Positions 58,184-64,000 of a DNA stretch of 64,000 bases are shown in pieces. The stretch's first letter is position 1. Each line of letters begins with the position of its first letter. The position numbers were made by a program, and so were the translations under genes. The notes below the pieces were generated by a model that was not told the origin of the DNA, made no database searches, and saw only the letters and a list, made by a program, of their open reading frames with translations. The DNA comes from Bacteriovoracia bacterium (GTDB taxonomy: Bacteria > Bdellovibrionota > UBA1018 > JBFWNL01), in the NCBI GenBank assembly GCA_050251055.1, contig JBFWNL010000001.1:107825-171824 (forward strand), given 5' to 3'.

Positions 58184-61100
58184 TTAGAGCCCCCTCTGCG
58201 AATCGACCGCATCACCCACCGAGAAGTACGTAGCGTCGGGGTGGTGGAAAGCGACGGCGCTGACGCTCGCCTCCGGGTCCATCATGAAGCCTTCGGTGAG
58301 CTGGATGCCGATTTCTTCAGGGCGCAGCAGCTCCCAGAGCTTGGCCTGGTCCTCGAGGGCCGGACAGGCAGGGTAGCCGAAGGAATAGCGTTTGCCGCGG
58401 TACTTGGCCTGAAAACGTTGCATCATCGTGGTGTCGGGGGCGTCCGGGAAGCCCCAGATCTTGCGCAGCTGCGAGTGCAAAAGCTCCGCGTAGGCTTCGG
58501 CGCTCTCGAGTGCCAACGCCTGGATGATGTGGGAGCGCAGATAGTCACCGCGCTGCTTGAAAGTTTCGGCAAGCTCACGGATGCCCTTGCCCACCGTTAC
58601 CGCGAAGAAGGCCACGTTGTCGGGGGTTTGGCCAGCTCGCGTGCCTTTGGGCGCGACGTAATCGGAGAGGCAAAGGCCGTTCTCCTTAGCCTGACGCGGA
58701 AACTGGAATGTGACCATGCGGGCAGAGCCATTGCTGCCGAGATGTACGTGCAGGGAGTTGCCCTCGCTCTCGGCCCGGAAAAATTGGAAGACGGCGCGCG
58801 GGCTCAATACTTCCGTGTTGCGGTACTCTTCTTTCACCTCTTGGACGGTTCGGAAGATTTGGAGCGCTTTCGGGTTGTCGCTCTCTAACTCGCGCAGAAC
58901 TTTAAGGTCTTTTTGTGCGCGCTCGAGTTTGCGCACTAATCCCCCGTTCAGGCCCAGGTGGCGGCCAAAAAGCATGAGGGGGTTAATGTACGGCCAGATC
59001 TGCTCGATCGGGGTGTTTTTAATCAGGTGGCGTTCGTAGTCCGAAGGCTGCGGAATCTCCGCCAGTACCGAAATCGTGCTTGAACGTTGATTCGATGGAC
59101 CCACGCTGGGCTTTTGGCTCACGGGTTTAGCGTTCGCCGTTTCGGAAGCCGCGCGTTTGCGCTCGAGCTCCTCGCGAAAACCGGCGAACTTGTCGGGATC
59201 GACGATGACTTTGGCGAGTTCAAGCCCGTGCATCGCGTCCGAGGCGTAGGCAACGGTACCGCCGGTGTACGCCTTGGCGATGCGTTTGTCGACGAAGCTC
59301 GAGGTGAGGGCCGCTCCGCCCACGAGCATGGGCGTGGCGACGCCGGCCTTGGAAAAGTCGTCGGCGGTGATGACCATCTGCTGGGCCGACTTCACGAGCA
59401 AGCCCGAAAGGCCGACGATGTCGGGATTATGCTCGCGGATAGCGCTGATGAGCTGTTCGGGCGGAATCTTGATGCCCAGATTAATCACATTGAAGCCGTT
59501 GTTGGAGAGGATGATTTCGACCAAGTTCTTGCCGATGTCGTGCACGTCGCCCTTCACGGTGGCGAGCAGGATTTTACCCCGCGCGGCCGTCTGCGACTTC
59601 TCCATTTTGGGCTCGAGATGCGCGACGGCGGCCTTCATGGCTTCGGCTGACTGCAGAACTTCGGCCACGATGAGTTTGTTGTCGTTGAACAAACGCCCCA
59701 CCTCGTCCATACCCGTCATGAGGGGACCGTTGATAATCTCGAGGGGAGCCCGGGTCTGGAGGGCCTCTTCTAGGTCTTCCACCAATCCGTCACGGGATCC
59801 TTCGACGATGTAGCTAGCCAGACGCTGGTCCAAGGGAAGGAGCGATTTTTCGATCTTCGCTTGCACCTTGCGCTCACGGAAATGGGCGGCGAAGGCGGCG
59901 ATCGGGTCGCCATTTTCGGTGCGGTTATAGAGTAGGTCTTCGGCGAGCTTTCGCTCTTCGTCGGGGATCGAGGCGTAGCGCTCGAGCTTCTCGGAGTTCA
60001 CGATCGCCAGGTCCAATCCCGCCTGCACGCAGTGGTAGAGGAATACGGAATTGAGCACTTCGCGGCCGGCGTTCGGGAGCCCGAAGCTGACGTTGGAAAT
60101 GCCCAGCACCGTCTTGGTGCGCGGGAACTTCTCCTTGATGAGGCGAATGCCTTCGATTGTCTCGACGGCCGAGCCGACGTACTGGGCGTCGCCCGTAGCA
60201 CAGGGGAACACGAGCGGATCCCAGTAGATGTCTTCGGGCTCCACGCCATATTTTTCGGTCAAAAGCTGGTACGAGCGCTCCGCGATGGCGAGCTTGCGCA
60301 CACGGGTGACGCCCATGCCTTGCTGGGGGTCGTCGTCGATCGTGCCCACGACGAGCGCGGCGCCGAAACGGTTGGCGATCGGGCAAACCTTCTCAAAGCG
60401 CTCCTCGCCATCCTCGAGGTTCACGGAGTTGATGATCGCTTTACCCTGCGAATACGTGAGCGCCATCTCGATGACCTTTTCGTCGGTCGAGTCGATCATC
60501 AGTGGTACGCGCACCTTTTTGACGGTCACGTCCAGGAACTTGCGCATATCCGACAGCTCGTCGCGATCGGGATTGGCGAGGCAGATGTCGATGATCTGCG
60601 CGCCTTTTTTGATCTGCGCGCGCGCAATTTCCGAGGCATCCTCAAACTTTTCGTCCTTGATGAGGTCTTTGAACTTTTTGCTGCCGATGACGTTCGTGCG
60701 CTCGCCCACGATGACGGGGCGGATGTCGTCGGTAACCTCCAGGAAGTCGACGCCGGAGAGGAAGTTGCGCTTTTCGACGGCGGCTTGACGAGCTTTCGCG
60801 TGGGAGGCGGCTTCGGCCAACGCCTTGATGTGTCCGGGCTCGGTGCCGCAGCACCCTCCGACGACGTTGATCCAACCGTTCGCCATGAAGCGCGACACGA
60901 CGTTAGCCACCATGGCCGGAGTTTCGAGATACTTGCCGTCTTCGTCGGGCAGTCCCGCGTTCGGCACGCAGGAAATGGGAAATCGAGAGAGGCCCGCGAG
61001 CGAGCGAATGTGGTCCGTCATGAACTCGGGACCGGTGGCGCAGTTCAATCCAATGTACAAAAGATCGCGGTGCGCGAGTGCGGCGAGGAGCGCCTCGACC

Positions 61101-61750
61101 GATTGGCCGGCGAGCATGGTTCCCATGGGTTCGATGGTGCCGCTGACGGCGACCGGCAGGCGTTTGCCAGTTTGCTCGAAATAGCGGTCGATGCCCAGGA
61201 GCGCGGCCTTGATGTTGCGGGTGTCTTGGCAGGTTTCCACCAATAGGTAGTCCGCGCCGCCTTCGACTAGACCCCGCGTTTGCTGGTAGAACTGCTCGGA
61301 AAGCTCCTCGAAAGTGATGCCGCCGGTGACCGAGATCGCTTTGGTAGTGGGGCCGATGGAGCCGGCGACGAAGCGCGGGCGATCGGGGCTTGAGAATTTC
61401 GCGGCGGCGGCGCGCGCGAGCTGCGCCGCTTGGAAGTTCACGTCGTAGGCTTTACTGCCGATCCCGAACTCGTCGAGCACGAGCGGAGTGGCGCCGAACG
61501 TGTTCGTTTCGGCGATATCGGCGCCAGCGGCGAAATAACTTTCGTGGATCGATTGAATGATCTGTGGTCGCGTGAGCACGAGGTTTTCGTTACAGCCTTC
61601 GAGCGCTACGCCTCCGAAGTCGGCGGCGGTGAGATTTTGCTGCTGGATCGCGGTTCCCATGGCGCCGTCGAGTACCAGGATGCGTGATTGTAGGGCGCGT
61701 TTGAGCTGACCAATTCGGTCGGGATCTGCGGGGGTAATTGCCTTTGCCAT
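58184..61750 (-). CDS. metH: cobalamin-dependent methionine synthase
   Basis: LDGAMGT, LNCATGP, GGCCGT, VGERTN, GDVHDIGKN, RYSFGYPACP. Confidence 0.98.
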   Translation of the reverse strand: MAKAITPADPDRIGQLKRALQSRILVLDGAMGTAIQQQNLTAADFGGVALEGCNENLVLTRPQIIQSIHESYFAAGADIAETNTFGATPLVLDEFGIGSKAYDVNFQAAQLARAAAAKFSSPDRPRFVAGSIGPTTKAISVTGGITFEELSEQFYQQTRGLVEGGADYLLVETCQDTRNIKAALLGIDRYFEQTGKRLPVAVSGTIEPMGTMLAGQSVEALLAALAHRDLLYIGLNCATGPEFMTDHIRSLAGLSRFPISCVPNAGLPDEDGKYLETPAMVANVVSRFMANGWINVVGGCCGTEPGHIKALAEAASHAKARQAAVEKRNFLSGVDFLEVTDDIRPVIVGERTNVIGSKKFKDLIKDEKFEDASEIARAQIKKGAQIIDICLANPDRDELSDMRKFLDVTVKKVRVPLMIDSTDEKVIEMALTYSQGKAIINSVNLEDGEERFEKVCPIANRFGAALVVGTIDDDPQQGMGVTRVRKLAIAERSYQLLTEKYGVEPEDIYWDPLVFPCATGDAQYVGSAVETIEGIRLIKEKFPRTKTVLGISNVSFGLPNAGREVLNSVFLYHCVQAGLDLAIVNSEKLERYASIPDEERKLAEDLLYNRTENGDPIAAFAAHFRERKVQAKIEKSLLPLDQRLASYIVEGSRDGLVEDLEEALQTRAPLEIINGPLMTGMDEVGRLFNDNKLIVAEVLQSAEAMKAAVAHLEPKMEKSQTAARGKILLATVKGDVHDIGKNLVEIILSNNGFNVINLGIKIPPEQLISAIREHNPDIVGLSGLLVKSAQQMVITADDFSKAGVATPMLVGGAALTSSFVDKRIAKAYTGGTVAYASDAMHGLELAKVIVDPDKFAGFREELERKRAASETANAKPVSQKPSVGPSNQRSSTISVLAEIPQPSDYERHLIKNTPIEQIWPYINPLMLFGRHLGLNGGLVRKLERAQKDLKVLRELESDNPKALQIFRTVQEVKEEYRNTEVLSPRAVFQFFRAESEGNSLHVHLGSNGSARMVTFQFPRQAKENGLCLSDYVAPKGTRAGQTPDNVAFFAVTVGKGIRELAETFKQRGDYLRSHIIQALALESAEAYAELLHSQLRKIWGFPDAPDTTMMQRFQAKYRGKRYSFGYPACPALEDQAKLWELLRPEEIGIQLTEGFMMDPEASVSAVAFHHPDATYFSVGDAVDSQRGL

Positions 61751-61874
61751 TATGAGGATACTCTTAACACACCACTATAAAGGCGCCATAGAAAGGTCAT
61801 CCGTGGGGCTAGGCGGAAAAAGATGAAATAGGGGTTCAACTTGGATTTAGCTATTGGTAGAGGTGGGTTGAAAA

Positions 61875-61951
61875 TGGAGCGGGAAAAGGGGCTCGAACCC
61901 TCGACCTCCACGTTGGCAACGTGGCGCTCTAGCCAACTGAGCTACTCCCGC
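61875..61951 (-). tRNA. tRNA-Gly(GCC)
   Basis: GCGGGAG/TTCCCGC acceptor; anticodon arm CCACG-TTGCCAA-CGTGG; TCCA end. Confidence 0.97.
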
Positions 61952-61977
61952 ATCCTAAAAGACTGTAATGCCAAGTC

Positions 61978-62007
61978 GTTATAACCAGGGTTTCACGGCG
62001 GGGTCAA
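61978..62007 (-). promoter_or_regulatory. sigma70-like promoter of tRNA-Gly
   Basis: TTGACC-N18-TATAAC. Confidence 0.55.
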
Positions 62008-62041
62008 GCTAGAACCGAGGCCGCCTAATGAGGATAAAGCT

Positions 62042-62590
62042 TTGAAGATTTACACGAAAGTCGGGGATCAAGGAAACACAGCACTCTTCGGCGGCGCGAA
62101 AGTCCGCAAGGACCACCTGAGAATCCGCACCTATGGCGGCATTGACGAGCTCAACTCCCAGCTGGGCCTGGTATTGGCCGAGGGAGGATTGCCCGGAGAT
62201 TCGATGGATCAGCTCAGGCGCGTGCAAGGCGAGCTCTTTCAGTTGGGCGCTGAATTGGCTACGCCCGCCGGTGGGAGGATCGTGCTTCGCCTGCTGCAAG
62301 AGAATGAGATCACGCGCCTCGAGAGCGAGATCGATGCGATGGAGGCGACGCTGCCTCCGCTCAAGAATTTCATTTTACCGGGAGGCACACGCCCGGCCGC
62401 GCTTTTACAAGTAGCGCGCGCGGTATGCCGGCGCGCCGAGCGGGATCTCGCAACGCTCACCGACGCCGAGCCTCAGCGTGGGGAAGTTTTGCGGTACGTG
62501 AATCGCTTGAGCGATTATCTCTTCGTGATGTCCCGCTACGTAAATCACCGGGCGAACGGCGAAGAGACGCCTTGGGTCGCGCCCCAGTAA
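62042..62590 (+). CDS. PduO-type ATP:cob(I)alamin adenosyltransferase
   Basis: KIYTKVGDQG.T, YGGIDELNS, FILPGG, RAVCRRAER, YVNRLSDYLF; TTG start with GAGG RBS. Confidence 0.95.
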   Translation: MKIYTKVGDQGNTALFGGAKVRKDHLRIRTYGGIDELNSQLGLVLAEGGLPGDSMDQLRRVQGELFQLGAELATPAGGRIVLRLLQENEITRLESEIDAMEATLPPLKNFILPGGTRPAALLQVARAVCRRAERDLATLTDAEPQRGEVLRYVNRLSDYLFVMSRYVNHRANGEETPWVAPQ

Positions 62591-62603
62591 ATCGAAATAG
62601 GAT

Positions 62604-63284
62604 CTAGAGGGTCCCTTTGATTTTCCCGGATTCGGCGGCTAGGCGGGCGAGTCGGCGAGCTTGAATGCGCTCCCGTTTTTGCTGTTTCTTTAACGCCCGC
62701 CGCTCGGCACGTACGCGGCGTGATTCCCGTAGCGCCGAGAACACTTCCACGACGTAATTCTGTGCCGACCACAGGCTAATAAAGAGCGAGATGTAAATCA
62801 GGGCCGTGCCGATTTCGAAGAACGGAATACCCAGGTAAGGCTCGAAAACGATGATGAACGGAATGCCCGTCATCTGCATCGCCGTTTTCCATTTTGCGCT
62901 GTTGGACGCGGCGATGACGAGGCCTTCGGCGCTGGCGAGCGCGCGCAAGCCGGTGATCGCCATTTCGCGGCAGATGAGCAGGATGACGATTGCCGGGTGC
63001 AGCCGGTCCAGGAACTGCAACATGATAAGCGCGGACACGACGAGAAACTTGTCCGCTAGCGGGTCCATGAGCTTGCCGTAAATGGTCACCGAGTTGGAGG
63101 TCCGGGCGAGGTAGCCATCGAAGTAATCCGTGATAGCGGCGATTCCGAAGGTGATGGCCGCGAACCAGTCCCACCCCGGAGTGCGCGCGAAAAGCGCGAC
63201 GACGAGGACCGGGACCAGCACAATCCGAAAGAGCGTCAGCATATTGGGAGCTGTGGTAAACTTCAGGTCGGACGGGGGCGCCAT
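62604..63284 (-). CDS. pgsA: CDP-diacylglycerol--glycerol-3-phosphate 3-phosphatidyltransferase
   Basis: PNMLTLFR, TDYFDGYLAR....T.YGKLMDPLADK, REMAITGLR, AKWKT..QM. Confidence 0.95.
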   Translation of the reverse strand: MAPPSDLKFTTAPNMLTLFRIVLVPVLVVALFARTPGWDWFAAITFGIAAITDYFDGYLARTSNSVTIYGKLMDPLADKFLVVSALIMLQFLDRLHPAIVILLICREMAITGLRALASAEGLVIAASNSAKWKTAMQMTGIPFIIVFEPYLGIPFFEIGTALIYISLFISLWSAQNYVVEVFSALRESRRVRAERRALKKQQKRERIQARRLARLAAESGKIKGTL

Positions 63285-63936
63285 GGGTTCTATTTCTAAC
63301 AAACCGATTCCTAAAGATCAACGATCGGTCCGGGCGTGGCTAGGTGCGTTTTTTTTCGTTTTCGCGGGGTTAGGACTTCATTCCGCGCAGGGGGGAAAGC
63401 CGCCGGTCGGGAGGGCTCCGCAGGTCTCCGACTACTTCAAGCCCGAGGCGCTTGCGCGGGTGTTGAAAGATCGCGAGGCCGTGGCGTCGGCTCGATTGGA
63501 TCAGCCGGACTACCATTTTTCGCTCGCGGTACTGGTGCGGGCAAGTCGTCCGCAGGTTTGGCAAACCGTCACGACTTACGGACTTTACGAAAAACTCATT
63601 CCGATGATCGAAAAGAGCGAGTTCGATGCCAAGACGAAGCGGCTGGAGCTGGCGGGCGGAATTTTCGGGTTTAAGCTGCGCTCCTTTTTGAAGTTCCGCG
63701 AACGCACGCCCCAGTGGCTCGAGTATGAAGTCGTGGAGGGGCATTTCGTGGGAATGAAGGGGCATCTAATCACCCAGGATGCGGGCGAAAAGGGCGTGAT
63801 TGTGGCACTCCTAGGTACCCACGCGAGCGACCAATGGCCGCCTAAATTCGTCATGGAAGAGGGAGCGAAGATAGTTTTGAATTTGACCGCTAACAAGATG
63901 AGATCTTATATTGAAGACCTCAAGCGTCAAAAATAA
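63283..63936 (+). CDS. SRPBCC/START-like (polyketide cyclase) family protein
   Basis: VRAS..QVWQTVTTY..Y..LIP.I, YEVVEGHF..MKG; start uncertain (ATG 63283 or GTG 63335). Confidence 0.65.
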   Translation: MGSISNKPIPKDQRSVRAWLGAFFFVFAGLGLHSAQGGKPPVGRAPQVSDYFKPEALARVLKDREAVASARLDQPDYHFSLAVLVRASRPQVWQTVTTYGLYEKLIPMIEKSEFDAKTKRLELAGGIFGFKLRSFLKFRERTPQWLEYEVVEGHFVGMKGHLITQDAGEKGVIVALLGTHASDQWPPKFVMEEGAKIVLNLTANKMRSYIEDLKRQK

Positions 63937-63959
63937 AGGGAAGTTCGCAAGGGAGCACC

Positions 63960-64000
63960 ATGGATGAGGTTGGCAGCGATAGCGGAGACGGTAGCGAGCG
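63960..64000 (+). CDS. 5' fragment of a CDS (MDEVGSDSGDGSE...)
   Basis: AAGGGAG RBS then ATG; truncated by the window end. Confidence 0.5.
   Translation, partial: MDEVGSDSGDGSE

Noticed and set aside
61751-61874. SAM or cobalamin riboswitch upstream of metH
   Set aside because: Short region with no recognisable conserved riboswitch core

Overview
GC-rich (roughly 60%) bacterial chromosome segment, densely coding, with no rRNA, CRISPR array, integrase, transposase or phage genes visible. The gene repertoire suggests a Bdellovibrionota/Oligoflexia-like organism (inference from a PilA-type pilin, two motAB pairs, many secreted hypotheticals and sigma28-like promoters). Housekeeping content: FKBP, uppP, acnA, a deoxyhypusine-synthase-like gene, flbD-motA-motB, a second motAB, metG, tatA, an NCS1 permease, a metH/MetE-core-like/tyrS/metF operon, a PduO-type adenosyltransferase, pgsA and three tRNAs (Ala-GGC, Leu-TAA, Gly-GCC). 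The most unusual items are: (1) a 76-bp-arm inverted repeat that duplicates the tRNA-Ala 3' end in inverted orientation next to an AT-rich gene and a pilin; (2) two tandem secreted Gly/Ala/Met-rich proteins sharing a C-terminal signature ending IF[DN]RV[TS]xxY; (3) an ApbE/FMN-binding/polyferredoxin/TatA operon converging on a porin/MshEN/FNR operon; (4) a dikinase-like gene with glucan-water-dikinase-like domain order coupled to an MFS transporter; (5) a DUF2156-rhomboid-like fusion; (6) a TPR-barrel/FecR/lipoprotein cassette. All product calls come from motif recognition by eye; no database searches were run.
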